Program-made: the position numbers and the translations under genes
Assembly (NCBI GenBank): GCA_036338695.1
Contig: JAYZBQ010000048.1
Location: forward strand, 256,001-320,000
Direction: 5' to 3'
Source: Myxococcota bacterium
Lineage (GTDB): Bacteria > Myxococcota > UBA4151
DNA: 64,000 nt
The notes under the pieces: generated by a model
What the model was told of the DNA's origin: nothing
Seen by the model: the letters and a program-made list of their open reading frames with translations, nothing else
Database searches by the model: none
In this document: positions 47,801 through 60,100 of the stretch, one piece after another
Position numbering within the stretch: position 1 is the first letter of the stretch
Layout of the letters: each line of letters begins with the position of its first letter

Positions 47801-47971
47801 TGGAAAAAGGTCGCCGAGCGCTTTCAGGTCACGCTCAAGGGCGCTTCCGTGCTCGCTGCGTCGGGACGCGTGCAGCGCGAGCAGGAGATCACTCATCTGA
47901 TCGTGCACCGCCTCTGGATCCCCGAACTCGACGCCGCGATCGAGCCCGTTGCGAGCCATGACTACCGCTAG
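44858..47971 (+). CDS. dnaE2: Error-prone DNA polymerase DnaE2 (ImuC)
   Basis: PHP SHFSLLEGAS, GRGSAANS, PDIDLD, YGFPESHA, RQRPSTA, C-terminal SHDYR (SRDFR-like). Confidence 0.95.
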   Translation: MKPYVPLWCKSHFSLLEGASAPEELVTRAHELGLQALALTDRDSLAGAPRAAAHARKLGLKLLYGAEVRLTAQRRITLIAKDRLGYGNLTQLLSRAPSQEASSALTMDDLYRAAQGCFALIGGADGWFGAEPEVCSRTVDQLKASFADRLFVRISDHRYPAEVQQRRLLAARAQAFQLPLVAANEHLYHHPSRRRLCDILSCTRFNSTLDDAGLNLRRNADHALASPETFAARFQGKPEWIERSFAIAQACSFDLFALRYRYPCERLPQGVRGIDHLAHLAQVGGQKRYRGPVPDAVQAQLAKELELVQELDYTGYFLTMHDIVQFCQAQGILCQGRGSAANSALCYCLEITAVDPMKHQLLFERFLSRERSEPPDIDLDIAHERREEVIQYVYSKYGRRHAAMVSVNIRYRAKSALNDAGKALKIDIKDIKKVTKLTHRSLRTLSPDLLETAGLDPAQPTYQTWIEIAEQMLGTPRHRSTHPGGFLLGHEPIDTFVPVLPAAMPGRTVIQWDKEDVETLSLFKVDLLGLGMLSQLQRCFELLRRHPPPSMVALRDASDHDLLARIPADDEATYTMLSCGDSLGVFQVESRAQMNMLPRLRPQRFYDLVVQIAIVRPGPISGDMVHPYLRRRNGEEAVVYPHPSLEPILERTLGVPLFQEQVMRIAMVAADYTPGEADQLRRDMGAWKQTGRMEGHEHRLIERMKSKGISEQFAERVYEQIKGFGEYGFPESHAASFALISYATAFLKRHFPAHFYAALINAQPMGFYSVSTLVYGAQREGVTVLPIDVRFSTWESTLELAEGRLAIRMGFRSIKGLGSQQKSKLDPPPRPESNEALGVFARRLQLARPALEALAEAGAFHMFGSRRDVLWQIMEPGLVRHEPLMLAEHNASSSFAYLSELERIVWDQRRTAHSTRGHPFALLRRACDQKGFMSSSQLTRCRHQSRASCVGLVICRQRPSTASGVTFVTLEDEDGFVNLVIWKKVAERFQVTLKGASVLAASGRVQREQEITHLIVHRLWIPELDAAIEPVASHDYR

Positions 47972-49056
47972 CGGCGCTCGACCTGGATGCTCCCAGCCTG
48001 CGCTTGCGCCTGCCGCTCAAGGGCGAGCACACTGAGCCGCCCCGCCACGTTCTGCGCCACCTCGAGCAGCTTGAGCGCAATGGCGCTCTGTGGATCCGCA
48101 AGGACCATCGGGGTCCCCTCATCGCCTTGGCTCGATAGGCGCGGCTCGATCGGCAATTGACCCAACATCGGCACCTCGAGGCGCTCAGACGCCTTCCGCC
48201 CGCCGCCCTCACCAAACACCGGGATCGGGTCGCCGCCGCCCGGCGGGGTAAAGCCCGCCATGTTCTCGATCAACCCCGCAACCGGTATCTTGAGCGTATC
48301 GAACATCGTTTTTGCGCGCAGCACATCGGCCACCGCAACGTCCTGAGGAGTCGTCACGATCACCGCTGCGCCGACGGTCACCATCTGCGCAATACTCAGC
48401 GGGACATCGCCCGTTCCCGGCGGTAAATCGACGACTAAATAGTCGAGCTCGCCCCACCGTACGTCACCGAAAAACTGCCGCAGCGCGTTGTTGAGCATAG
48501 GTCCTCGCCACACCAGCGCAGCCGTGTCATCGACGAAGGATCCCATCGAGATCACCTTCATGCCGTGCGCTCGCATCGGCAGGATCTTCTTGTCTGCGCC
48601 CGCTTGCGGCTTTTCGTTGAGCCCCAGCATCGTCGGGATCGACGGGCCGTAGATGTCGGCATCGAGGAGACCGACGCGCGCACCTGAACGGCTCAGCCCC
48701 GCCGCGAGGTTGACCGCAACCGTCGATTTCCCCACGCCACCCTTACCGGCGCCGACGGCGATCACATACTTGATCCCTGGGACCAGGCTCTGCTGCTCAT
48801 GGCGCTGCCCGGCCATCTGAACACCCCACTCGATCTCCACGCGCTCGGCTCCGACCCCCGTTAAGGCCTGCTCGATATCGCCTTGGATCTTGCCCTTGAG
48901 CGGGCAGGCGGGGGTCGTCAAATTGATGACGGCACGGACGAAAGCGCCCTCAACCTGGACCTCGCCCACCATATTGAGCGTCACTAAATCCTTACCAATT
49001 TCAGGGTCATTGACCGTCTTTAGGGCGTCGCGAACGACGCGTTCATCCAGAGCCAT
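47968..49056 (-). CDS. mrp: Mrp/NBP35 (ApbC) Fe-S carrier ATPase
   Basis: VNDPEIGKD, TTPACP, GKGGVGKST, DADIYGPS, VWRGPM, DLPPGTGD, ENM. Confidence 0.93.
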   Translation of the reverse strand: MALDERVVRDALKTVNDPEIGKDLVTLNMVGEVQVEGAFVRAVINLTTPACPLKGKIQGDIEQALTGVGAERVEIEWGVQMAGQRHEQQSLVPGIKYVIAVGAGKGGVGKSTVAVNLAAGLSRSGARVGLLDADIYGPSIPTMLGLNEKPQAGADKKILPMRAHGMKVISMGSFVDDTAALVWRGPMLNNALRQFFGDVRWGELDYLVVDLPPGTGDVPLSIAQMVTVGAAVIVTTPQDVAVADVLRAKTMFDTLKIPVAGLIENMAGFTPPGGGDPIPVFGEGGGRKASERLEVPMLGQLPIEPRLSSQGDEGTPMVLADPQSAIALKLLEVAQNVAGRLSVLALERQAQAQAGSIQVERR

Positions 49057-49137
49057 GAGCGCCCCCTTGTCCGTTTCATGAGGGCTCTTAGAGCAGCCAG
49101 CCAGCGCCCGCAACATCGACCGGTGCCGGATGTCGCT

Positions 49138-49198
49138 CGCGCGCGTGCGCTCTCGCGTGCGCGAAACCCCTTGACCTTTGAACGGCTTATTCTAGAAG
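49138..49198 (+). promoter_or_regulatory. Candidate gyrA promoter preceded by alternating purine-pyrimidine tracts
   Basis: CGCGCGCGTGCGC (49138-49150) and CGCGTGCGCG (49154-49163), then TTGACC(49171)-N16-TAGAAG. Confidence 0.5.
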
Positions 49199-49223
49199 GT
49201 ATTTCGAGTTTGTGGAGAATCCG

Positions 49224-51881
49224 ATGAGCGACGACATCACCGAACACGACAACGAGCAACCCATCGCGCAGGGCGATGGCGGCCAGTCTGATCCTCCCGC
49301 CGCATCGGATCAAGGCGACAGCGGCGATCACGGGCGCGTCAGCATGGTCACCATCGAAGACGAGATGCGGAAGTCCTATCTCGAATATTCGATGTCGGTG
49401 ATCGTAGGTCGAGCGCTGCCGGACATCCGAGACGGGCTCAAGCCGGTGCACCGACGCGTCCTCTACGCCATGCAAGACCTCAGCAACACCTGGAACCGCC
49501 CGTACAAAAAGTCGGCGCGCGTCGTCGGTGACGTCATCGGTAAGTATCACCCGCACGGCGACTCGGCGGTCTACGATACGCTCGTGCGCATGGCCCAGAG
49601 CTTCTCGCTGCGCTACCTGTTGGTCGACGGCCAAGGCAACTTCGGCTCGGTGGACGGCGACTCCGCCGCTGCGATGCGTTACACCGAAGCTCGGATGACC
49701 AAGCTCGCTAGCTACCTGATGTCCGATATCGACAAAGAGACCGTCGATTACGGCCCGAACTACGACGAGAGCCTCCAAGAGCCGCTCGTTCTCCCCGCCC
49801 GCTTTCCGAACCTGCTCGTCAACGGCTCTGAAGGCATCGCGGTCGGGATGGCGACGCGCATCCCACCCCACAACATGACCGAAGTGATCAACGCCACGCT
49901 GCACCGGATCGACAACCCCCAATGCAGCGTCGACGAGCTGATCGCCCACGTGCCAGCGCCCGATTTCCCCACCGGCGGGATCCTGTGCAGCGCGTCAGGT
50001 GCTCAGCAAGCGTACCGGACCGGGCGTGGGATCGTCCATGTGCGCGCCCGAGCCGACTTCGAACCCATGCCGAACGACCGCTGGCGCATCGTCATCGATG
50101 AGCTGCCCTACCAGGTCAACAAGGCGCGCGAGATCGAGCGCATCGCTGGGCTGGTCAAAGACAAGAAGATCCTGGGTATCTCCGATCTGCGTGATGAGAG
50201 CGATCGGAAAGGGATGCGTCTGGTCATCGAGCTCAAGCGCGACGCCATCAAGGAGGTCGTCCTCAACGCGCTCTTCAAGCAGACGCGCCTTCAAAGCAGC
50301 TTCGGGATGACCTTGCTTGGGATCGACCAAGGGCGACCAAAGATCTGTACCCTCACCGACCTGATCGACGCCTTCATCGCGCACCGCCGCGACGTCGTCA
50401 GCCGTCGCTGTCGCTTCGAGCTGCGCAAGGCGCGTGAGCGTGAGCACATCCTCGAGGGCTTTGTGATCGCCCTCGACAACATCGACGAGGTCATCGCCCT
50501 GATCCGGGCGAGCCGGACGACTGAAGAGGCGAGCGCCGGGCTGCAAGATCGCTTCGCCCTCACGCACCTTCAGGCGAAGGCGATCCTCGAGATGCGCCTC
50601 CAGCGCCTGACAGGCTTAGAGCGAGAAAAAATCCTGGACGAGCTCGAAGAGATCCGGGCGACGATCGAGCGCCTGCTGCAGATTCTCGGCGATGTCCGCG
50701 AGCTGCTTGGGGTCATCAAAGACGATCTCAGGCTGGTGCTCGACGAGTTTGGCGACGCACGCCGCACCGAGATCCAAGAGATCTCGAAAGACTTTAACGC
50801 CGAAGACCTCATCCCGAACCACCCGATGGTGGTGACGGTCTCAGGCGCTGGTTACATCAAACGAACCGCCCTCGACACCTACCGAACGCAGCGCCGAGGA
50901 GGTCGTGGTAAGACCGGCATGAGCACTAAAGAAGAGGACGCCGTCGAGCACCTCTTCGTCGCCAAGAACCACAGCCGCCTCCTGGTCTTTACGACGCGCG
51001 GGGTGTGCTATCAGATCAAGGTTCATCAGCTTCCCGAGTCCGGCGCGAACGCCAAGGGCCGACCGATCGTCAACCTGCTCGAGCACATGGGACAAGACGA
51101 GCAAATCTGCGCGATCCTGCCAGTCCACAAGTTCCAAGAGGACCGCTTCCTGATCACCGTGACCGAGCGAGGACGCATCAAAAAGACCCCGCTGATGGCG
51201 TACGCTCGACCCCGCTCAGTCGGTCTCAAGGCGCTCGTTGTTGAAGATGGCGACCGCTTGAAGTTCGTGCGTATGAGTCACGGCTCGGATCACATCATTC
51301 TAGCGACAGCGAACGGCATGGCGGTGCGCTTTAAAGAGTCCGATGTGCGCTCGATGGGACGTGGCTCGCGCGGCGTGCGCGGCATCTCCCTGAACGCCGG
51401 GGATCAAGTGGTCGGAGCGGTCGTGATCGACGCCGAGTCGACGGAAGATCTCTTGAGCATCACCGAGAACGGCTACGGAAAACGCACGGCGCTGGATGAG
51501 TACCGGGTGCAGCGACGCGCCGGCAAAGGGTTGATCACCATCCAATGCAGCAAGCGCAACGGAGACCTCGTCGGCATCCTGGCTGCGAGCGACGACCGAG
51601 AGCTCATGATGGTGACATCGGGCGGGGTCATCATGCGGACCGGGATGGATCAAATCAGCCGCATCGGACGAAACACTCAAGGTGTGCGACTCATCGACCT
51701 CGGCGCCGGCATGCAGGTCGTGCGCGCGGTGGGACTCAAGCAGCTCGAAGAGGAGCTCGAAGAGGCGCAGCATGAGGGGCTTGATGACGCTGGCGAAGAG
51801 GTCGACGAAGCGGCGATCGCCGCCGCTGAATCAGCCGTCGATGGCGCAGGTGACGCAGACGATGACCCCGCTGAAGCATGA
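49224..51881 (+). CDS. gyrA: DNA gyrase subunit A
   Basis: [23 protein letters not shown] (catalytic Tyr), GyrA-box QRRGGRG, acidic tail. Confidence 0.97.
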   Translation: MSDDITEHDNEQPIAQGDGGQSDPPAASDQGDSGDHGRVSMVTIEDEMRKSYLEYSMSVIVGRALPDIRDGLKPVHRRVLYAMQDLSNTWNRPYKKSARVVGDVIGKYHPHGDSAVYDTLVRMAQSFSLRYLLVDGQGNFGSVDGDSAAAMRYTEARMTKLASYLMSDIDKETVDYGPNYDESLQEPLVLPARFPNLLVNGSEGIAVGMATRIPPHNMTEVINATLHRIDNPQCSVDELIAHVPAPDFPTGGILCSASGAQQAYRTGRGIVHVRARADFEPMPNDRWRIVIDELPYQVNKAREIERIAGLVKDKKILGISDLRDESDRKGMRLVIELKRDAIKEVVLNALFKQTRLQSSFGMTLLGIDQGRPKICTLTDLIDAFIAHRRDVVSRRCRFELRKAREREHILEGFVIALDNIDEVIALIRASRTTEEASAGLQDRFALTHLQAKAILEMRLQRLTGLEREKILDELEEIRATIERLLQILGDVRELLGVIKDDLRLVLDEFGDARRTEIQEISKDFNAEDLIPNHPMVVTVSGAGYIKRTALDTYRTQRRGGRGKTGMSTKEEDAVEHLFVAKNHSRLLVFTTRGVCYQIKVHQLPESGANAKGRPIVNLLEHMGQDEQICAILPVHKFQEDRFLITVTERGRIKKTPLMAYARPRSVGLKALVVEDGDRLKFVRMSHGSDHIILATANGMAVRFKESDVRSMGRGSRGVRGISLNAGDQVVGAVVIDAESTEDLLSITENGYGKRTALDEYRVQRRAGKGLITIQCSKRNGDLVGILAASDDRELMMVTSGGVIMRTGMDQISRIGRNTQGVRLIDLGAGMQVVRAVGLKQLEEELEEAQHEGLDDAGEEVDEAAIAAAESAVDGAGDADDDPAEA

Positions 51882-52057
51882 CCCCAGAGAGCATCCAGCG
51901 GCTTCATGATGAGGCGGTGGCGCAAGGGCGTCACGGCTACATCGACCCGCGCTCGGGGTACTGGGTCACCACGACGCTAGGTCACACCCAGCGCGGGTCC
52001 TGTTGCGGCAACGCCTGTCGGCACTGCCCCTTTGATCACCACGCCTGCGCTTCCTGA
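51878..52057 (+). CDS. 59-aa Cys/His-rich protein (DUF5522-like), absent from the ORF track
   Basis: [63 protein letters not shown] overlap with the gyrA stop. Confidence 0.8.
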   Translation: MTPESIQRLHDEAVAQGRHGYIDPRSGYWVTTTLGHTQRGSCCGNACRHCPFDHHACAS

Positions 52058-52128
52058 CGCAGATCGCCAGCGAGTAGCGTCTCGCAGAAGCGCTCGGTCA
52101 GCGTACCGGAAACGATAGCTCCAGCGCG

Positions 52129-54683
<2,555 letters not shown>

Positions 54684-54735
54684 GGGAGGAAACCACCCCG
54701 CATCGCGATCATGGACACGCAACAAGGCAGCCCTT

Positions 54736-55356
54736 TTAGGCGGTCTTTGGTGGCTTCCAGGCGCCGGGGATGAGGTGCCCCATCCGGTCCCGTTTGACCT
54801 CAAGGTATCCATGCGCCAGGCCGTGGACATCACAAAGCAGCGGCTCGTGCCCCTCAACGGGGACACCCGAGCTTGCTAAACCCTCTATTTTCAGTGGGTT
54901 ATTCGTCATCATACGGACCGATTCGACCCCGAGCTTGCGCAGGATCTCACCCGCTATTTCGTAACTCCTGAGGTCATCGGGCAGGCCGAGCAGTCGGTTC
55001 GCGTCGACGGTGTCGACGCCTTCATTCTGCAGCGCATAGGCTCGAATTTTGTTGGCGAGACCGATCCCGCGCCCCTCTTGGCGCAGATAGATCACTACGC
55101 CGCCCTCTTGACCGATACGGGTTAACGCCGCCTCGAGCTGCTCACGGCAGTCACACCGCAAACTCCCCATAATCTCCGAGGTTAGACACTCAGAGTGGAT
55201 GCGACACAAGACGCGCCGCTGTCCGGCGACGTCGCCGGCGACCGCCGCGACGTGCTCTTTACCCTGGGCGTCAGTCACGACATGCAAACGCAGGGCACCA
55301 TACCGAGTCGGTATGTCTGCCTGAGCCGGTAGTTCGCTGCGCTGATCGTCCGTCAT
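54736..55356 (-). CDS. ribA: GTP cyclohydrolase II
   Basis: RIHSECLT, SLRCDCREQL, QEGRGIGL, MTNNPLK; start ATG 55356. Confidence 0.93.
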   Translation of the reverse strand: MTDDQRSELPAQADIPTRYGALRLHVVTDAQGKEHVAAVAGDVAGQRRVLCRIHSECLTSEIMGSLRCDCREQLEAALTRIGQEGGVVIYLRQEGRGIGLANKIRAYALQNEGVDTVDANRLLGLPDDLRSYEIAGEILRKLGVESVRMMTNNPLKIEGLASSGVPVEGHEPLLCDVHGLAHGYLEVKRDRMGHLIPGAWKPPKTA

Positions 55357-55423
55357 ACTCTCAACCCTTAGGGCGCCGAGCGTGTGACACATGCTGCGGT
55401 TAGGCGCAACGAAAACCCGAACA

Positions 55424-56011
55424 CTACAGGACTTTTGCGAGCGCGAACCGGTGCACATCCTCACGCCCAAGCGCTTTCGCTGCGCGCCGCAAGGTCGTTC
55501 CGGTCGTCACCACATCATCGACCAAGACCACATACGCTGCGTCGGGGACCGGCGTTCGCAAACGAAAGCTGTCTTCGGGCAACGCGCGACGCGACGCGGC
55601 GTCGAGACGCGCCTGCCGCTTGGCAAAACGCCCTCGCGTGAGCGCGTGCTGAACCGACCCGCCAAACCGCTTAGCGAGGGCTTCAGCGATGCAGGTCGTC
55701 TGACAGCCCCGGCGCCGAAAACGGCGGTGCCAAGGCGTCGGAACAGGGACATAAAGCGCACCCTTCGGCAGCTCAAAATCGACCCCGAGTAGGAGGCGAT
55801 AGATCGCCGGCTCCAGCGGACGCTTAGCGCGTGCGAGTAAGGTCTCGAGCGCGCCTTGGTAGCGGTACAACGCCGTGGTGTGCTCGCCGGCTTCAAGCGC
55901 TTCGATCCGTCGAACCGAGACCCAGCAACCTTGGCAGATCCAAGGGTTCTGATCCGCCTCCACCTCATCGCAATGCCAGCAGGTGCCATGAGGGATCAGC
56001 GCGTCGATCAA
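55424..56011 (-). CDS. comF: ComF-family phosphoribosyltransferase-like protein
   Basis: N-terminal CxxC...CxxC, VPVP, LVDDVVTTGTT. Confidence 0.85.
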   Translation of the reverse strand: MIDALIPHGTCWHCDEVEADQNPWICQGCWVSVRRIEALEAGEHTTALYRYQGALETLLARAKRPLEPAIYRLLLGVDFELPKGALYVPVPTPWHRRFRRRGCQTTCIAEALAKRFGGSVQHALTRGRFAKRQARLDAASRRALPEDSFRLRTPVPDAAYVVLVDDVVTTGTTLRRAAKALGREDVHRFALAKVL

Positions 56012-57516
56012 ACCCGCTCCAGCAAGGACTGACCGGTCATCTCGTCGGGTTGAGGGATCGCCATGTAATCGAGCAACGTCGGCGCCAGATCACACAAGGC
56101 GCCATCGCGTACGGCGGCGGCGCCCATGCCGATTAGCACCAGAGGCACCGGACCCGTCGTGTGCTGCGTGTGGGGCTTGCCCTCGTCGGTAAGCATCTGC
56201 TCGATGTTGCCGTGATCGGCCGTGATCATCACCCCGTACCCCCCCCTCTGGGCAGCCCTAAGGACGCGGTCAAGGCATTGATCGAGCGCACGCATCGCCT
56301 CGACGGCCGCCTCGAGATTGCCTGTGTGACCCACCATATCTGGGTTGGCGAAGTTACAGACCAGAAGGTGATACCGCTGCGCATCGAGCGCTTCGATCAA
56401 TCGATCCGTGACCTCAGGCGCGCTCATCTGGGGTTTGAGATCATACGTGGCGACGTCGCGCGGGCTATCGATGAGAACGCGCCGCTCGCCATCAAAGACC
56501 TGCTCGCTGCCGCCGTTGAAGAAGTACGTGACGTGCCCATACTTCTCCGTCTCGGCGATACGCAGCTGCTCCAAGCCTCGCTCGGAGACGAGTTCACCGA
56601 TGGTCTGAGACGGGACCTCTGCGTCAAAGAGCACGTCAACTTCGAGGTCTTGCCGATACCGAATCATGCTCACGCAGGCTGATAAAGCCGGCAGCCTGCG
56701 CGCAAAACACCCTTCCTCATCAGGGCGGGTCAGGGCGCCGGCAAATTGGCGCATTCGGTCCGCTCGAAAGTTGAGGAACCAGACGGCGTCGCCATCGAGG
56801 ATCGGCGCAGCCTCGAGCACAACCGGTTCGATGAATTCATGGGTCTGTCCTGTCGCGTAGGCGCGCTCGCGCGCCGCATCGATCGACTCTGCGCGCGGCC
56901 CGCGCCCTTCGACGATCACCTCCCAGGCGCGCGCAACGCGATCCCAGCGACGGTCGCGGTCCATCGCAAAGTAACGCCCGCCTACGGTTGCGAGAAAGGC
57001 GCCATCGACGAGCACCTCTGACAGCTCATCGAGGTAACGCTTCGCTGAATCGGGGGGGGTGTCGCGACCGTCCGTCAGCGCATGAAAAGCGATCCGCTCG
57101 ACCCCTAGACGCTGAGCGGTACGAACCGCCTCTTTGAGGTGAGCCATGGCGCTGTGCACGCCGCCGTCACTCACCAACCCCACCAAATGGAGGCAGTTAC
57201 CCGGCTCAAGCCGCTGCGCAAGCCGCTGCACATGAGGATGATGCGGCAGCTGATTCTGAGCCACCGCGTCCGAGATCCGCACCAAGGTTTGTTTCACTAC
57301 GCGGCCTGCGCCAATGTTGACGTGACCGACCTCAGAGTTACCCATCTGGCCATCGGGCAACCCGACATGCGCGCCGGAGGTGAAAATCCGGCTGCAGACC
57401 CCTTGATTACGCCAATCATGATACCGAGGCATCCCGGCGAGGTGGATCGCATTGTCCTCAGCGGCCTCGCGCAGGCCGAAACCATCTAAAATGAGCAAGA
57501 GGGCTCGATTCTCCAT
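56008..57516 (-). CDS. gpmI: 2,3-BPG-independent phosphoglycerate mutase
   Basis: ILDGFG, QMGNSEVGH, DGRDT, AETEKYGHVT, NPDMVGHTG, TADHGN. Confidence 0.96.
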   Translation of the reverse strand: MENRALLLILDGFGLREAAEDNAIHLAGMPRYHDWRNQGVCSRIFTSGAHVGLPDGQMGNSEVGHVNIGAGRVVKQTLVRISDAVAQNQLPHHPHVQRLAQRLEPGNCLHLVGLVSDGGVHSAMAHLKEAVRTAQRLGVERIAFHALTDGRDTPPDSAKRYLDELSEVLVDGAFLATVGGRYFAMDRDRRWDRVARAWEVIVEGRGPRAESIDAARERAYATGQTHEFIEPVVLEAAPILDGDAVWFLNFRADRMRQFAGALTRPDEEGCFARRLPALSACVSMIRYRQDLEVDVLFDAEVPSQTIGELVSERGLEQLRIAETEKYGHVTYFFNGGSEQVFDGERRVLIDSPRDVATYDLKPQMSAPEVTDRLIEALDAQRYHLLVCNFANPDMVGHTGNLEAAVEAMRALDQCLDRVLRAAQRGGYGVMITADHGNIEQMLTDEGKPHTQHTTGPVPLVLIGMGAAAVRDGALCDLAPTLLDYMAIPQPDEMTGQSLLERV

Positions 57517-57590
57517 GACCGCCTCCAGTTGCCGTTGACGGCGTGTGGTCGCGCCGTTACGGGGGCTACCCTTGCATTTCAGGAGGGTGC

Positions 57591-58760
57591 ATGACCCGCA
57601 AGCATCTTTTCACAAGTGAGTCCGTCGGAGAAGGACACCCAGACAAGGTGTCCGACCAAATCTCGGACGCAGTCTTAGACGCCATGTTGACGCAGGACCC
57701 GAACGCTCGTGTCGCCTGTGAGACGTTGGTGACGACGGGCATGGTCTGCCTCGCGGGTGAGGTGACCACCTCAGCCTATGTCAACCTTCCAGAGGTCGTA
57801 CGCGAGACGATCCGCCAGATCGGCTACAACGACCCAGCGCTCGGTTTCGACGCCGAAGGCTGCGCCGTGCTGACCACGCTCGATGCGCAGAGCGATGACA
57901 TCGCTCAAGGCGTCGACAGCGGGCGCGGTTTGCACACCGAACAGGGAGCGGGCGACCAAGGGCTGATGTTCGGCTATGCGTGCGACGAGACGGACACGCT
58001 GATGCCGGCGCCGGTTCACTACAGCCACCGCTTGATGGAGGGCCTCACGGCGCTGCGTAAATCGGGGCAGCTGCCGTGGCTCCGCCCCGACGCCAAGAGC
58101 CAGGTCACCTGCGCTTACGAAGGGGGTCAGATCACGGGGATCGATACGGTCGTGATCTCCACGCAGCACACCGAAGAGGTCACGCTTAGCGAGATCCGAG
58201 AGGCGGTGATCGAAGAGCTGATCAAACCGAGCCTTCCGGCGGGTTTGCTGACGGCGGACACCACCATCCACGTCAACCCAACCGGGCGCTTCGTGATCGG
58301 CGGCCCGAAGGGTGACGCCGGCCTGACAGGTCGTAAAATCATCGTCGACACCTACGGCGGAGTCGGCCGACACGGGGGCGGCGCGTTCTCGGGCAAAGAC
58401 CCGAGTAAGGTCGACCGCTCGGCAGCCTACATGGCGCGCTACATCGCCAAAAATGTGGTCGCAGCAGGGCTCGCCAAACGCTGTGAGGTGCAGCTCGCTT
58501 ACGCCATCGGTGTCGCCGAGCCCGTGAGCGTCTTCGTCGACCACTTCGGCACTGGCTCGGCGAGCGCTGACGCGCTGGAGCGGGCGGTGCGCTCTGTGTT
58601 CGAACTGACGCCTGCGGCGATCATTCGAGATCTCGACCTGCTGCGTCCGATCTACAGCCCGACGGCTGCCTACGGACACTTCGGTCGCCAAGCCGAGAAC
58701 GGTCTGTTTACCTGGGAAGCCACCGATCGAGCTGAGGCGTTGGTGGCCGCGCTCAACTAG
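57591..58760 (+). CDS. metK: S-adenosylmethionine synthetase
   Basis: [34 protein letters not shown] upstream of ATG 57591. Confidence 0.97.
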   Translation: MTRKHLFTSESVGEGHPDKVSDQISDAVLDAMLTQDPNARVACETLVTTGMVCLAGEVTTSAYVNLPEVVRETIRQIGYNDPALGFDAEGCAVLTTLDAQSDDIAQGVDSGRGLHTEQGAGDQGLMFGYACDETDTLMPAPVHYSHRLMEGLTALRKSGQLPWLRPDAKSQVTCAYEGGQITGIDTVVISTQHTEEVTLSEIREAVIEELIKPSLPAGLLTADTTIHVNPTGRFVIGGPKGDAGLTGRKIIVDTYGGVGRHGGGAFSGKDPSKVDRSAAYMARYIAKNVVAAGLAKRCEVQLAYAIGVAEPVSVFVDHFGTGSASADALERAVRSVFELTPAAIIRDLDLLRPIYSPTAAYGHFGRQAENGLFTWEATDRAEALVAALN

Positions 58761-59552
58761 GTGGACATCGTCTGGGCGGCGCTGCTCGGTCTGATCCAAG
58801 GGCTGACCGAGTTTTTGCCCGTATCGAGCTCAGGGCACTTGGTGTTAGCAGGCTTTTTGATCGGCCTGCCGAGCACCGGTCTCATTTTTGAGCTGCTCTT
58901 GCATCTCGCTACCCTCGCGGCGGTCATCTACTATTATCGAGCGGACGTCTCGGGGTTGATCGCTGCGATCCCTCGAGCGATTCGGCAGCCCGTCGAGGGG
59001 TTTCGCAGGGACCCCGAGGTGCGCCTCGGCGCTTTGGTGATCTTGGCGACGCTCCCCACGGCGATCATCGGGCTCGTGCTCAAAGATCAATTTGAGGCGC
59101 TCGCGCAGCGCCCCCAAGCGGTCGGTGTCGCCCTGTGTGTCACCGCCTGTCTTTTGCTCGCTACGCACTGGATTCGACCGGCTGAGCGGGCGCTGACTTG
59201 GTGGATGGCGCTCGCGATCGGGCTCGCGCAAGCGATGGCGATTACGCCGGGCATCTCGCGCTCGGGCGCAACGATCGCGCTGGCGCTTTTGCTCGGGGTG
59301 AGCACCCTTCATGCGGCGCGCTTTAGCTTCCTGATCTCGATACCGGCTATCGCCGGCGCGGCGATCCTTAAGCTGCGCGATGGGCTCGGAGCGCTTGACC
59401 TGCTGCCTGCGCTCATCGGCTTTGTCGTCGCCTGCGTCAGCGGTTACCTCGCGCTGCGCTGGCTCGTCGCCCTCGTCCAGGCGCGTCGGTTTGCCGCGTT
59501 CGCCCCCTACTGTGCGGTCGTCGGCGCCTTGGCTATCGGGCTGTCGCCATGA
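58761..59552 (+). CDS. uppP: Undecaprenyl-diphosphate phosphatase
   Basis: QGLTEFLPVSSSGHL, PGISRSGAT, FSFLISIP. Confidence 0.94.
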   Translation: MDIVWAALLGLIQGLTEFLPVSSSGHLVLAGFLIGLPSTGLIFELLLHLATLAAVIYYYRADVSGLIAAIPRAIRQPVEGFRRDPEVRLGALVILATLPTAIIGLVLKDQFEALAQRPQAVGVALCVTACLLLATHWIRPAERALTWWMALAIGLAQAMAITPGISRSGATIALALLLGVSTLHAARFSFLISIPAIAGAAILKLRDGLGALDLLPALIGFVVACVSGYLALRWLVALVQARRFAAFAPYCAVVGALAIGLSP

Positions 59553-60100
59553 GCCTGGCGCGACTGCAAGCTGGGCTCTCCCGAGCCCGCCGACAACACG
59601 AGGCTCAAGCGGGCGCGCGCCGCGCCGCGGTGCTCGCCTTGTTTGACCCGCACCACGAAGGGCTGAGGCTCTGGTTTATTCGGCGCGCTGAGCTCGGTGA
59701 CGACCACAGCGGTCAGGTTGCGTTTCCTGGCGGGCATCTCAACCCGGACGAATCCCCCGAAGAGGCTGCTCTGCGAGAGTGCGAGGAAGAGATCGGGGTC
59801 CCATCGGACGCCATCGAGCTCCTCGGCGGGCTCGACGACGTCAAAAGCATCTTTGGCACGGTCGTGTCACCTTTCGTCGGCAAGCTGCTCACGCCGGTCG
59901 AGCCTGTCGCCGATCAACGGGAGGTCGCTCGGGTGTTCTCCGTCTCTTGGGAGGACCTGACCGAGCGCAGGGGATACCGACGTGAGACCTGGGGTGAGCG
60001 GAACTACCCCATGCACTTCTGGCAACTTGAAGGGGAAACGATCTGGGGTTTGACCGGTTTCTTCGTCAACACACTGATTGAAATGGAAAAGAACGTATGA
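59549..60100 (+). CDS. Nudix CoA pyrophosphatase (NudL/PCD1-like)
   Basis: AAVL, HSGQVAFPGG, ALRECEEEIG, IWGLT. Confidence 0.88.
   Translation: MSLARLQAGLSRARRQHEAQAGARRAAVLALFDPHHEGLRLWFIRRAELGDDHSGQVAFPGGHLNPDESPEEAALRECEEEIGVPSDAIELLGGLDDVKSIFGTVVSPFVGKLLTPVEPVADQREVARVFSVSWEDLTERRGYRRETWGERNYPMHFWQLEGETIWGLTGFFVNTLIEMEKNV

Noticed and set aside
57517..57590. SAM riboswitch before metK
   Set aside because: Only 74 nt shared with divergent gpmI; no recognisable SAM aptamer
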